Assembly: GCA_016209015.1 (NCBI GenBank)
Contig: JACQWY010000025.1
Coordinates: 3,747-67,746 of the forward strand
DNA from: Gammaproteobacteria bacterium
GTDB lineage: Bacteria; Pseudomonadota; Gammaproteobacteria; Ga0077536
Reading direction: 5' to 3'
DNA: 64,000 nt
Position numbers and translations under genes: made by a program. The notes under the pieces were generated by a model. It had not been told where the DNA came from. It did not search any database and was given only the letters and a program-made list of their open reading frames with translations. Of this stretch, positions 30,699-42,617 are shown in pieces (position 1 is the first letter of the stretch; the number at the start of each line of letters is the position of its first letter).

Positions 30699-30875
30699 TC
30701 AGCCTCTCGCGAACGCCTGCTTCGCGACCATCGCCGCGCCGACCATCGACAACACCGCGAACAGCAGCGCCGGCGCATAGCCGATGAACGTCGCGGGATT
30801 GCGCTCGCCGAAACGGTTCGAGGCGATCGTGAGCGCACGGTTCGGCGCGAAGAGCGCGGCCCGGTAGAAGTGCAT
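30699..30875 (-). CDS. Small membrane protein or gene remnant (58 aa)
   Basis: C-terminal hydrophobic helix PALLFAVLSMVGAAMVA; host-like codon use. Confidence 0.35.
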   Translation of the reverse strand: MHFYRAALFAPNRALTIASNRFGERNPATFIGYAPALLFAVLSMVGAAMVAKQAFARG

Positions 30876-31004
30876 CTCTTTGCGGATCGATTGGGGAGAG
30901 AAACGCTCCGGGCATTCTGGTGAGGCGTAGGGTTTTGACGATGCGGTTTGATGCGCCGGGCCGGGGCGACGCCACGGCACACGCCTTTCGGACTCCGCTA
31001 TTGT

Positions 31005-31173
31005 GTCGTCCCGGCGCAGGCCGGGACCCAGTCGTCGCACCAGGGCAATCCCGATCATCCCTGGGTCCATGGTTCTAGCGTGGCAACGCTGCAAGGATTC
31101 AGCGCTCCGCGGCCCGCGGTTCGATCGATGCGCCACGGTTCAGCGACTGGGTCCCGGCCTGCGCCGGGACGAC
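31005..31173. repeat. MITE/RIME-like element with perfect 30-bp terminal inverted repeats
   Basis: GTCGTCCCGGCGCAGGCCGGGACCCAGTCG and its exact inverse; half copy near 29078. Confidence 0.8.
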
Positions 31174-31270
31174 GCTCGAACGACGTGTCGTTACGGTGCC
31201 GAGGTCCGACAACTCACGGCGACCGCTGCAGCGGTTAACATGCACGGACTCTTCCACGAACGGAGCGCCC

Positions 31271-32485
31271 ATGCCCACCGACACCGTGGGTCTCGATGCC
31301 GCCGAGGCACGAGGCCGCCTGCGCGTCATCGTCGCGGGCATCAGCGCGCTCATTCTGACCATCGGCCTCGCGCGCTTCTCGTATACGCCGCTGCTGCCGG
31401 TGATGCGTGTGCAGGCCGGGCTCTCGTATGCCGCGGGCGGCTGGCTCGCGACCTCGAACTACCTCGGCTATATCGCCGGTGTCTTGCTCGCGGCATCGAT
31501 CGCGGATCTCGAATGCAAATTCCGGCTCTACCGGCTCTGCCTCGTGCTCGCGGTGGCGACCACGATGGCGATGGGCCTCACGACGAACGTCGCGCTGTGG
31601 CTCGTGCTGCGCTTCGTCTCCGGCGCGGCGAGCATCGGCGGGCCGCTGCTGTCCTCGGGCCTCGTGCTGAACTGGCTCATGCGCCACGGCCGGCGTCCCG
31701 AGCTCGGCTTGCACTTCACGGGCCTCGGTCTCGGCATCGTGCTGAGCGGCCTCGCGGTCGCGGCGATGTCGGCCCACCTCGCCTGGGACGCGCAGTGGAT
31801 CGCGTTCGGCGTGCTCGGCCTCGCGTTCTTCGTGCCGGCCTGGATCTGGCTGCCCGCGCCGGGCCCGGTGCCCGCCGCGCACGCCGAGGCCTACACGCGG
31901 CCGCCGTCGCGGAGCTGGATGTGGCTGCTCGTGGGCGCCTATTTCTGCGCCGGCTGGGGCTTCGTCACGAGCGGCACGTTCATCGTCGCGATCCTCGAGA
32001 AGCTGCCGACGTTCGCCGGCAGAGGGAGCTGGACCTGGGTCGCGCTCGGCCTCGCCGCGACACCCTCGGCCTTCCTCTGGGATCGCATCGCGCGCGCCAT
32101 CGACATGATCCCCGCATTGCTGCTCGCCTATGCCTTGCAGACGCTCAGCATCGTCATTCCGCTCCTCACCGCGAATCTCGCCTCGAACCTCCTCGGCGCG
32201 ATGCTCTTCGGCAGCACGTTCGTCGGCATCGTGAGCCTCATGCTCGCGCTCATCGGCCGCTGCTTCCCCGAGAACCCCGCGAAGGCGATGGCGCGGCTGA
32301 CGATCAGCTACGGCATCGCGCAGACGGTAGCGCCCGCGCTGGCCGCGTTGCTCGCGACGACGGCGGGAGGTTATCGCGGATCGCTCGGTATCGCGGGCGG
32401 GGTGATGGCGATCGGGGTCGTGTTGATCGCGATAATCGGCGCGCGGCACGGCGCGGGGGCGGCGGTGGGAGAGCGGGCGGGGTGA
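31271..32485 (+). CDS. YbfB/YjiJ family MFS transporter
   Basis: IGLARFSYTPLLP, SNYLGY, about 12 TM. Confidence 0.9.
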   Translation: MPTDTVGLDAAEARGRLRVIVAGISALILTIGLARFSYTPLLPVMRVQAGLSYAAGGWLATSNYLGYIAGVLLAASIADLECKFRLYRLCLVLAVATTMAMGLTTNVALWLVLRFVSGAASIGGPLLSSGLVLNWLMRHGRRPELGLHFTGLGLGIVLSGLAVAAMSAHLAWDAQWIAFGVLGLAFFVPAWIWLPAPGPVPAAHAEAYTRPPSRSWMWLLVGAYFCAGWGFVTSGTFIVAILEKLPTFAGRGSWTWVALGLAATPSAFLWDRIARAIDMIPALLLAYALQTLSIVIPLLTANLASNLLGAMLFGSTFVGIVSLMLALIGRCFPENPAKAMARLTISYGIAQTVAPALAALLATTAGGYRGSLGIAGGVMAIGVVLIAIIGARHGAGAAVGERAG

Positions 32486-32587
32486 GGTGGCCGGAAAAAG
32501 GGTTCATCTGCGAACAGCAGGGAAGCTTGTTCAGCCCACCGCGGAGCGCTTCGGTAGCCCGTCGCTCTCGTGCAGACGAGGGCCTAG

Positions 32588-32723
32588 GGAAGCTCTGAAC
32601 AAGTTCAGAGCTTCCGGCGGCACAGGGATGTGCCGCCGTGAACAGTGGCGTAAGCCATTGTTCACGTAAGGTCGGCAAGAACCACGCTTCTTGCCGACCG
32701 TGCTCTGAAAAGTCCAGGATGGA
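32588..32723. mobile_element. IS5-like MITE, single unit, right end truncated
   Basis: CTAG-GGAAGCTCTGAACAAG then one unit nearly identical to 2914-3033. Confidence 0.85.
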
Positions 32724-32859
32724 GAATTCCAGCGCGGTGGGTAAATGAACCCTCCAGAGCCCGAAGTTCACTGCGCGTGCCGTGGGTCACCGACTGGGCC
32801 CTCGCCGTCGCGAGGGCGACGGGCAGCAGCTGGCGCGCGATGCATCGACCGACCGGCTG

Positions 32860-34108
32860 TCAGGAAAGGCAAGGGAAAAATGGACTCGACGTCTGCGTCA
32901 GTAGTGGGTCCGGATCCTCTGGAACACACATCTCTGTCACCTTCCTGCCCGGCTCCGGCTTCAGCACGAGATACCAATGGCGGACCGCCGGGCTCCAGGG
33001 CCAGGCGAGAAAGTACGTGCTGTCGTCGAGACCGAACGGCCACAGGTACATATCGCGACTCCAGAATTTGCCGACGTCCGCCTCGTCCCACCAGGGAGGC
33101 GACGCGTGCTTCACGAGATAGACGGGACGCGACGCATTCGGCTGCGGGCTCCCGGCCGGCGAGTCGCCGCGCATCCAGTCATCGGGTAAGACGGCCGTCG
33201 CGGCCGCTTCGTATCGTGCGTCGCGATCCGCGGGCTTCATTTCCATTCCCGCAGCCGGCGGAAGACTTCCCCGGGCGAACGTGAAGTCGCGGTCGTCCTG
33301 TATCCCGTTCGCACGTTCGTGTCTGGCGACGACGGTGTCGACGACGTGGTCGTTGTCGATGTCGAACGAATAGAGTCGATACCCCCCATAGCTCGGGGAA
33401 CCGCCGGCGGCTTTCATCTCGTCCATCGTCTGCGCTGGAATCGGCGTGGCTTCGGGCGGCGTGCCGAGCTCGGGTGAGATGTCGCCGCCGAGATTCTCGT
33501 TCCTTCGACCATGCATCTCGGTACCGAAGCGGGCGCACAGCTTGTCGTCGGTGGCATACAGCAGCGCCATGGAGCCAGCACGCGGCATCACCGGCTCGTC
33601 GCCCTCTGGATATTCCAGCGCGTCCCGATCCGAGGACGAATCCGGATTCATCATGCCGTCGCATTGCTCCTCCGCCGGAGAATCCGTGTCGGCGAACGTA
33701 ACCTGGAGCCGGCACGTGGTGCCGACACAGCCAGTAATGTTCCCTGTCGACGATGATCCGCGGGGAACACTTCCCCTTCTGATCCTGGGGACATTTGACT
33801 TCGAGTCTGTTCTGTTCCCTGACCTTGTCGATCCAGAGACTCGCCCAGATATCCGGAATCGCGCCGCCCATACCGAAGCTGAACGTCGGACCGAGAGCCA
33901 GCTTCACGCGTACCAGCGGGCCTTTCGGGATCTGGCAATCCTGTGGTGCTTTGCTGCTGGCGCTCTCGTCGCCGTCGTCGACGGAGACCATACGGGCCTC
34001 GATCAACGCGCGCTCGTTTTCGCAGGTGACGCGAAGTCGATAGTCCCGGCTGTCAGCCAGTGCGACTGAGACATGCGCTGAAACGACGATGAGCGCAGTC
34101 GCTGACAT
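32860..34108 (-). pseudogene. Secreted Cys-containing hypothetical protein split by a frameshift near 33740
   Basis: Signal-peptide ORF (MSATALIVVSAHVSVALA) appears to continue in another frame (NITGCVGTTC..MMNPD); lower GC. Confidence 0.55.
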
Positions 34109-34209
34109 CAGGCGAAGGAATGCGGTCGCCCGCGGTTCGAATTCCGTTTCTACTTTCGGCCTCGCCGAAACTCCTTTCAGTGACCTGCAAGTGCCGGCGT
34201 CCGCGCCGC

Positions 34210-34434
34210 CTACTTCCCCCGCTTCCCCTCTCTCACCCACGCGATCAACGTCACGACCGCCCCGAGATCCAGCATCACGCCCACCGCGATGAACGACCAC
34301 GCGACCGCCGGCGGCTGCAGCATGGTTAGCGCCGGGATCTTCGCGAGACCGAGCACGCCGGCCGCGAGACATGCGGTGGCGCCGAGCGTCTGCGCGATGA
34401 ACGAGGCCGGCAGCATGCGCTTCTCCCCGTTCAT
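34210..34434 (-). CDS. Small 2-TM membrane protein
   Basis: Start overlaps the SPFH gene stop (ATGA); two hydrophobic helices. Confidence 0.7.
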   Translation of the reverse strand: MNGEKRMLPASFIAQTLGATACLAAGVLGLAKIPALTMLQPPAVAWSFIAVGVMLDLGAVVTLIAWVREGKRGK

Positions 34435-35303
34435 TGCGAGGCCACCGAGACGACCGGCTGCGTCTCGCTCTCCGAGACGAGCACGGTCATGAGGTTCGTC
34501 ACGAGCCGCACGCGTTCGGCTTCGCCGAGCTTCACGATGCCTTCGGATTCGAGGCGGTCGAGGCTCATCTTCAGCATGCTCACCGCGCCCTCGACGATCT
34601 GCGTGCGCGCGGCGACGACGGCCGCGGCCTGCTGACGGCGCAGCATCGCCCCGGCGATCTCCGGCGCATAGGCGAGGTGCGTGATGCGCGCTTCGACGAT
34701 TTCGAGGCCCGCCATGACGACGTGCTCCTGGATCGTCTCGGCGAGCGCGCGGGCGACGGCGTCGAGATCCCCGCGCAGCGAGTTCTCGCCCGCAGTGTCG
34801 CCGTCGTACCAGCGCGAGCTGACGACCTTGCGCACGGCCGACTCGCTCTGCATCGTGACGTAGGCGACGTAGTCCTCGACGTCGAACGTCGCGCGCGCGG
34901 TGTCCGCGACGCGCCAGACGATCACCGCCGCGACCTCGATCGGATTGCCGGCGAGATCGTTCACTTTCAGCGTCGGCGTATTCAGATTGTTCGCGCGCAG
35001 CGAGAGCTTCCGCTTCTTGTAGAACGGATTCACCCAGTAGAAGCCGCCGTCGCGCAACGTGCCGGCGTAGGTGCCGAAGAAGATCATGACCGCCGCCTGG
35101 TTCGGCTCGAGGATCGTGAAACCCTTGCCGAGGAGGAACAGCAGCGGGATGCCGAAGATCGCGAGCGGCTCGGGCGGCGCGTCGTGCAGCACCGAGTTGC
35201 CGATGAACGACCAGGCGATCCAGCCCGCGAGCGCGAACCAGATGGCGAGGGCGAGGAAGCCGGGCAGGGCCCGGGCACTGCGTTCTTCGATCTGCGTGTC
35301 CAT
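34431..35303 (-). CDS. SPFH/band 7 domain protein
   Basis: LKVND..GNPIEVAAVIVW, HLAYAPEIAGAMLRRQQA. Confidence 0.93.
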   Translation of the reverse strand: MDTQIEERSARALPGFLALAIWFALAGWIAWSFIGNSVLHDAPPEPLAIFGIPLLFLLGKGFTILEPNQAAVMIFFGTYAGTLRDGGFYWVNPFYKKRKLSLRANNLNTPTLKVNDLAGNPIEVAAVIVWRVADTARATFDVEDYVAYVTMQSESAVRKVVSSRWYDGDTAGENSLRGDLDAVARALAETIQEHVVMAGLEIVEARITHLAYAPEIAGAMLRRQQAAAVVAARTQIVEGAVSMLKMSLDRLESEGIVKLGEAERVRLVTNLMTVLVSESETQPVVSVASQ

Positions 35304-35341
35304 GTGCGCTCCTTTGCGGAATTCGGCGACAGTGTACTCAG

Positions 35342-35420
35342 GGAAGCTCTGAATAGGTCCATCCTGGCCTTTTCAGAGCGCGGCCGGCAAGAAGCGTGGT
35401 TCGTGCCGGGCTTCCGTGAG
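35342..35420. mobile_element. Diverged partial copy of the IS5-like MITE (inverted)
   Basis: GGAAGCTCTGAATAGGTCCATCCTGG.. matches the reverse complement of the unit right end. Confidence 0.75.
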
Positions 35421-35457
35421 TAAACTGTCCCCGAATCGTCCGCGAGGATCCTCGACC

Positions 35458-36066
35458 ATGACCCGTCTCGCCGCGCTCCTCTGCACCGTCTTCTTCGCCG
35501 CCACCGCAGCGGCCGAGGATCCGCCCCCGGCGGAGCGCCCCACGCCGCAGCCCGGCACCGAGCTCACCTACGACGGCAAGCTGCTCTCCGTGAGCTGCGC
35601 GCACTGGACGGTCGGTCATCTGAACGAGGACGGCAATCTCGTCACGAGCTGCGAGGACTACCGTCTCGAGACGTCCGTGGAATACGGTCTGAACGCCGTG
35701 CGCATCACGCGCAAGGACGGCGACAAGGAGGCGGATTTCGATCCCTATCTGCCGGCGCTGCGCTTCCCGCTCGTCCTCGGCGACGGCTGGCTCGTGCCGT
35801 ACCGGGGTTTCACGGCGGACGTCGGCATGACCTGGGACGGTACGATGAAATGCGGGGTCGCGGCCTTCGAACCGGTGACGGTGAAAGCGGGGACGTACGA
35901 TGCCTATCGCGTCGACTGCGAAGAGGAATGGAAAGTCGCGACTCGCGGCGGCGTGTTCCATTCCTCGCGCTGGTATGCGCCGCGGATCGGCGCCGTCGTG
36001 AAGGTCGAGCACCAGGAACAGCCGGAGCGCTGGAACATGGAGCTGACGGCGTACAAGGCGCCGTGA
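35458..36066 (+). CDS. Secreted beta-rich hypothetical protein
   Basis: Signal peptide; EPVTVKAGTYDAYRV..WYAPRIGAVVK motif. Confidence 0.8.
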   Translation: MTRLAALLCTVFFAATAAAEDPPPAERPTPQPGTELTYDGKLLSVSCAHWTVGHLNEDGNLVTSCEDYRLETSVEYGLNAVRITRKDGDKEADFDPYLPALRFPLVLGDGWLVPYRGFTADVGMTWDGTMKCGVAAFEPVTVKAGTYDAYRVDCEEEWKVATRGGVFHSSRWYAPRIGAVVKVEHQEQPERWNMELTAYKAP

Positions 36067-36113
36067 GCTCGTCTCATAGGGTGCCGTGAACGAGCGGCGC
36101 CACCGACGGGAAA

Positions 36114-36190
36114 CGGGGTCAGGTTCGAATTCGCGGACGAGCGCCCGGGGATGAGCCATTACGTTCGCCGCGAAATCGAACCTGACCCCG
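36114..36190. repeat. REP-like inverted pair (GGGGTCAGGT family)
   Basis: 22/23 inverted repeat. Confidence 0.75.
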
Positions 36191-36241
36191 ATTCCCTCTA
36201 CGCGTCTTTCGTCAGGGCGGGCGCTGCACGCGCCTCACGAC

Positions 36242-36271
36242 CGTCGGGCTTCCTGCGTCAGCCCGACCTAC
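36242..36271 (-). repeat. GTAG-type REP
   Basis: 29/30 identical to 5282-5311; just 3' of purC. Confidence 0.8.
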
Positions 36272-36280
36272 GAGCGCCCC

Positions 36281-37171
36281 CTACTTCGTCAGCCGCTCCA
36301 GCGCCTCGCGATACTTCGCCGCCGTGCGTTCGAGGATCTCCGGCGGCAGCTTCGGCGCGGGCGGCTTCTTGTCCCAGGTCAGGGTCTCGAGATAGTCGCG
36401 CACGAACTGCTTGTCGAAGCTCGGCGGGCTCGTGCCGAGGCGGTATTCGGCGAGCGGCCAGAAGCGCGAGGAATCGGGGGTCAGCACTTCGTCGATGAGG
36501 ACGACAGTGCCGGCGGTATCGGTGCCGAACTCGAATTTCGTATCCGCGATGACGATGCCCTTCTTCAAGGCGAAGGCCGCGGCCTCGGTGTAGATGCGGA
36601 TCGCGAGCGCGCGCACTTTCTCCGCGTACTCGCGGCCCATGAGCCGGACGCTCTTCTCGAAATCGATGTTCTCGTCGTGGTGACCGATCTCGGCCTTCGT
36701 CGACGGCGTGAAAATCGCCTCCGGCAGTTGCGCGGCCTGCTCGAGACCCTTGGGCAGCGTGATGCCGCAGACCTGGCCCGTCTTCTGGTAATCCTTCCAG
36801 CCCGAGCCGATGAGATAACCGCGGACGATCGCTTCCACCGGGAAGGGCTTCAGCTTTTTCACGACCATGGCGCGGCCCGCGACCTGGGCGCGTTCCGCCG
36901 GATCGCTCAGCACGTCTTCGAGCTTCAGGTCCGAGAGGTGATTCGGTACGTCCTCGAAATGCCGGAACCAGAAGTTCGACAGCTCCGTCAGCACCGCGCC
37001 CTTGCCGGGGATGGGCTCACTCAGCACGACGTCGAACGCCGAGAGACGATCGGTCGTGACGATCAGCAGGTGGTCGTCGCCGACGGCGTAGATGTCGCGG
37101 ACCTTGCCGCGGCCGACGAGCGGCAGACTCTGGAGCGAGGATTCGTAGAGAGTAGCTTGGACTTGGGCCAT
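36281..37171 (-). CDS. purC: SAICAR synthase
   Basis: [35 protein letters not shown]. Confidence 0.98.
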   Translation of the reverse strand: MAQVQATLYESSLQSLPLVGRGKVRDIYAVGDDHLLIVTTDRLSAFDVVLSEPIPGKGAVLTELSNFWFRHFEDVPNHLSDLKLEDVLSDPAERAQVAGRAMVVKKLKPFPVEAIVRGYLIGSGWKDYQKTGQVCGITLPKGLEQAAQLPEAIFTPSTKAEIGHHDENIDFEKSVRLMGREYAEKVRALAIRIYTEAAAFALKKGIVIADTKFEFGTDTAGTVVLIDEVLTPDSSRFWPLAEYRLGTSPPSFDKQFVRDYLETLTWDKKPPAPKLPPEILERTAAKYREALERLTK

Positions 37172-37224
37172 GGAGCTCACCTGTCGATGCTGAGGAGGAA
37201 AGGGAGTACGCCGCAGCCCCGCAT

Positions 37225-38424
37225 TCAGATCTGCGCGAGCGTGGGGACGTCGCCGGCCGTGCCCGTCGCGTAAGTCATGAACAAGCGCTTCGCGAACGGC
37301 AGCCGCTCGGTCGCCGCGAGGCCGAGGCCGCGCGCCCAGCGCACGGGCGCCTGGGGCGCGCAGAATAGATTATTGAGGCCCTCGCAGGCGAGGTCCATCG
37401 CCATGTTCTCGCCGCGCCGGCGGCGGGCATAGCGGCGCAGCGCGCTGCGCGGAGCCGCGAGCGCGGGCCGGCCGGCGGCGCGCAGCACCTCGGCGAAGCA
37501 GGCGACGTCGAGCAGGCCGAGGTTCAGCCCCTGACCCGCGAGCGGCAGGATGGTGTGCGCGGCGTCGCCGGCGAGCGCGACGCGGCTCGTCACGTAGTCG
37601 TTCGCGTGCAGACGGCGCAGCGGGAATGCGAGCCGCGGGCTCGTCTTCACGACCATGCCGAGCTTGAACTCGAACGCGAGCGCGACGGCCTCGCGGAACG
37701 CCGCGTCGGAAGCCTCGACGGCCCAGGCCGCCTGCTCGGGCGTCGTGCTCCAGACGATCGACACGTCGTGCGCGCCGGGCAGCGGCAGGAACGCGAGCGG
37801 ACCGTCGGCGAGGAAACGCTGGCGCGCGATCGACTCGTGGGGTAGTTCCAGCTCGAGATTCGCGACGACGGCCTGCTGCGTCTCGTCGCGCTCGCTCCAG
37901 CCGATGCCGGCGAGCTCGCGGACGAGCGATTGCCGGCCGTCGCAGCCGAGCACGATCGCGGCCTCGAGCTGCTCGCCGGTCGCGAGCGTGAGACGGCAGG
38001 TGTCGGGCAGTTCTTCCAGCATCTCGAGCCGGCAGGCGCGCACGCCGACGCGCCGCTCGCGCATGGCCGCGGCCCCGCCGTGCGCGAGATTCGCGAATTC
38101 GACGATCGCGCCGAGCGTATCGAGCCCGATCTCCGCACCGTCGAACGTGATGCGGCCGCGGCTGCCCGCATCCCACACCTCCATGCGGCGGTAGCGCGCG
38201 ACGCGCTCGTGGTTCACTTCGCGCCAGATCCCGGCGCGCTCGAGCACGGCGAGCGTCGCCGGAGTGAGCGAGAAGACGCGGAGATCGTAAGCATCGTCTT
38301 CGACCTCGGGCAGCGTCGTCGGATCGACGACGACGACCTCGAAGCCCGCGTCGGCGAGCAGGCAGGCGACGGTCGCGCCGACGACGCCCGCGCCCGCGAT
38401 CGCGATGTCGACCGCGCGGCTCAT
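37225..38424 (-). CDS. ubiI: Ubiquinone biosynthesis hydroxylase UbiI/VisC
   Basis: [24 protein letters not shown]; follows ubiH. Confidence 0.8.
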   Translation of the reverse strand: MSRAVDIAIAGAGVVGATVACLLADAGFEVVVVDPTTLPEVEDDAYDLRVFSLTPATLAVLERAGIWREVNHERVARYRRMEVWDAGSRGRITFDGAEIGLDTLGAIVEFANLAHGGAAAMRERRVGVRACRLEMLEELPDTCRLTLATGEQLEAAIVLGCDGRQSLVRELAGIGWSERDETQQAVVANLELELPHESIARQRFLADGPLAFLPLPGAHDVSIVWSTTPEQAAWAVEASDAAFREAVALAFEFKLGMVVKTSPRLAFPLRRLHANDYVTSRVALAGDAAHTILPLAGQGLNLGLLDVACFAEVLRAAGRPALAAPRSALRRYARRRRGENMAMDLACEGLNNLFCAPQAPVRWARGLGLAATERLPFAKRLFMTYATGTAGDVPTLAQI

Positions 38425-39624
38425 CGTTCGTCGCCCGCCATGAGCCGGCTGTCGAGCCGCGAGAGACCCATGAGCCTGCGCCCGAGCGTGCGCTTGACGC
38501 CCGGCAGCAGATCGAGCGCGAGCATGAACGCATTGCGGCCGCCGACGAGCGGCGCGAAATCGCTCTTGAAGACGCGCGCCAGGGAATCGGAGAACAGCAC
38601 CACCGAGCGCTGCTGCGCGCGGCGGCGCTTCGCATAAGCGTCGAGCAGCGCAGGCGCGCCGGGGTCCGCACCCGCGGCGTGCGCGTCGGCGATCATTTCG
38701 GCGAGCACCGCGACGTCGCGCAAACCGAGGTTCAGACCCTGCGCGCCATTCGGATGGATCGCGTTCGCGGCATTGCCGGCGAGCACGGTGCGTGGTGCGA
38801 CGACGCGCTCCGCGCGCACGAGCCCGAGCGGGAACGCGCCGCGCACACCGAGCTTCGAAAAGCGGCCGAGCCGGTTGCCGAAGCGCTCCTGGAGATACTC
38901 GAGATACGCGGCATCGTCGTGCGCCCGCACCGCCTCGGCGTCCGCCGTCTTCACCGTGCAGACCGTCACGACGCGACGATCCGCGAGCGGCAGGATGGCG
39001 ATCGGGCCGTCGGGCGTGAAGCGTTCGAAAGCCGTTGCGGCCGCGGGCCGGGAGACGTCGAGGTTCGCGACGATCGCGGTCTGGCCGTAATCGCGCCGCG
39101 TCGTGCCGATGCCGCTCGACTCGCGCACCGGCGAGCTCGCGCCGTCGGCGCCGACGAGCAGCTTCGCGCGCAGCGTCGCGGCACCCGCCGGCCCGGCGAC
39201 GTCGACGCTCACGCCTTCGTCATCGGGTCGCACGGCACCGACGCGCGTCGACCAGTGCAGCGTCGCGGACGTCGTGAGGAGCGCCGACTCGAGCGCGGTC
39301 GCGAGACGATCGGCCGGGCAGACATGGCCGAGCTCCGGCACGCCGAGCTCGTCGGCGGCGAAGCGCGTGAAACCGAAATGGCCGCGATCGCTGACGTGAA
39401 CGTGGCGGATCGGCGCGGCATAGGGGACGAGATCGCGCCAGATCCCGAGATGCGCGAGCAGGCGGCGCGAGGACGGCACCATCACGAGGCCGCGTGCATC
39501 CGTGCTGCCGCCGGGCGGCAGCGGACCGCGCGCGTCGAGGAGTCCGACTTTCAGGCCGGACTCGCAGAGCGCGAGCGCGAGCGCGGTGCCGGAGAAGCCG
39601 GCGCCCGCGATCAGCACGTCGAGC

Positions 39625-39635
<11 letters not shown>
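38421..39635 (-). CDS. ubiH: 2-octaprenyl-6-methoxyphenol hydroxylase
   Basis: HVSDRGHFG, AFERFT, GNAANAIHPNGAQGLNLG. Confidence 0.9.
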
Positions 39636-40944
<1,309 letters not shown>

Positions 40945-40960
40945 GGGCTCCCCGGCGTTC

Positions 40961-41527
40961 TCAGTGCAGGCTTTCGTTGCCGCGCTCGGCATCGACGGCG
41001 AAGCGCGTTTCTTCCCGCAGCAGCATGGTGCCCATGCGGGCGTATTCCACGATCTCGAAGAACGAATTCTCCGCGACCTCGGCGGCGTGCTCGCGATTGT
41101 CGACCTGGCTGATGCGGCCGAGATCGGCGAGGAACTCGCGGCTGTCGCGCGAGAGCTGCGTCATGTCGGGGCGCGTCAGGCCGAAGCCCGACAGGAAGCC
41201 GCGACACCAGCCGCCGAGCGCCGCGGTGCGCAGCGACAGCGGCCGCTCGTCCGCGGGCAGCAGCAGATTGAAAGAGAAGTCGTCCGTGTTCATCGCGGTG
41301 AGCGTGTCGCGGGCGAGCTCGGCGAGCGCTTCGGCAGGCAGGGAGTCCGGCGCGACCGGCGTCTCGGGATAACCCGTCACGTGCCGCAGCCAGAGGTCCG
41401 CGTCGAAATGCAGCGGGCTGCAGAGCATGCCGCACAACATGCCGTGACACTCCGCGGGTTCGATGTCGCTCTCGAGTCGCCGCAGGGCGTCGTCCACGGA
41501 TTCGTACATCGACTCGCGGTCAGTCAT
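40961..41527 (-). CDS. ygfB: UPF0149 family protein
   Basis: AECHGMLCG, WCRGFLSGFG, EIVEYAR; upstream of pepP. Confidence 0.93.
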   Translation of the reverse strand: MTDRESMYESVDDALRRLESDIEPAECHGMLCGMLCSPLHFDADLWLRHVTGYPETPVAPDSLPAEALAELARDTLTAMNTDDFSFNLLLPADERPLSLRTAALGGWCRGFLSGFGLTRPDMTQLSRDSREFLADLGRISQVDNREHAAEVAENSFFEIVEYARMGTMLLREETRFAVDAERGNESLH

Positions 41528-41722
41528 GGCTCGGGTCCACACACGTTCGGGGCCGGATTATCCCATGGTCAAGGCGCCATCTGAAGCATGCGCGGCAGGC
41601 GCCGAATTGCGCTTCCGGGCGCATGGCGCAGGCTGTCGGGCTCGCGGTTGACCGTGACAGGGGGCGGCTCTATATTGCGTCTTACCTTGATCACACAAGG
41701 GCGGCAATCAAGCCGTCGAGAG

Positions 41723-41944
41723 ATGACCCCCGACACCAAAGAAAAGCTCGAGCTCGCAGCGCTTGAAGCCCGGGTCGACGAACTGATCCGCACCATCGAC
41801 AATCTCGCCCACGAGAACGAGGCACTGCGCAGTCAGCAGGCCGTGCTCGCCGCGGAACGGGCGACCTTGATCGACAAGACGGAGCAGGCTCGCAGCCGGG
41901 TCGAGGCCATGATTGCACGGCTCAAGGCCATGGAAACGCGCTGA
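41723..41944 (+). CDS. TIGR02449 family coiled-coil (ZapB-like) protein
   Basis: ARSRVEAMIARLKAME; precedes zapA. Confidence 0.9.
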   Translation: MTPDTKEKLELAALEARVDELIRTIDNLAHENEALRSQQAVLAAERATLIDKTEQARSRVEAMIARLKAMETR

Positions 41945-41957
41945 GGAATCGATTCGA

Positions 41958-42299
41958 ATGAATGCGTCGGTCAAGCCGATCACCGTGACGATCATGGATA
42001 AGGAGTACGTCGTCGGCTGCGCCGAGGACGAGCGCGAAGCCCTGTTCGCGTCCGTCGAGCTCCTGAACTCCAAGCTGCGCGAGCAGCGCGACAGCGGCAA
42101 GGTCATCGGCACCGAGCGCGTCGCGGTGATGGCCGCGCTCAACATCGCGCACGAATACCTCGTCTACCGCCGTCGTCACGAATCGATGTCGAGCGATCTC
42201 GGTGAAGGCATCGAACGGATCCAGAACAAAGTCAAGACGGCATTGTCGCGTGGTCAGTCAGCGTTCGACTTATCGACCGCCACGCACGGGACAAGTTAG
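41958..42299 (+). CDS. zapA: Cell division protein ZapA
   Basis: VTIMDKEY..C, ERVAVMAALNIAHE. Confidence 0.95.
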   Translation: MNASVKPITVTIMDKEYVVGCAEDEREALFASVELLNSKLREQRDSGKVIGTERVAVMAALNIAHEYLVYRRRHESMSSDLGEGIERIQNKVKTALSRGQSAFDLSTATHGTS

Positions 42300-42308
42300 A
42301 ATTCGTTC

Positions 42309-42499
42309 CGGTGTTCTCTGCGGTGCTCGCCAGCAAGCCCGAAATCCCTTGAGCCTATAAATTACCTCACAGGAGCCGATCTGGCGGCGATGTTGTGCAC
42401 GTCCGCGGCAACGCGGGAAGCCTGATTCGCACCGAGAGGTTCCGCTCTTGAGCCTCTGGTTCAAGATTACGGCAAGCAGCGGCATCAGCGGAGAACACC
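42309..42499 (+). ncRNA. ssrS: 6S RNA
   Basis: About 190 nt directly after zapA; terminal stem GGTGTTCTCTGC/GCGGAGAACACC; CTTGAGCC..GGTTCAAG motif. Confidence 0.9.
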
Positions 42500-42617
42500 T
42501 CCTCTCCCTTACTCCCACACGCGACGCGCCCGGTGAACCGGAATGCGGCGCGGCGCGTATGCTCGGCGTCATGTCCGTCCATCAGACAACGAGCGTCCCG
42601 ACCGCGGAGCCGCGCGC

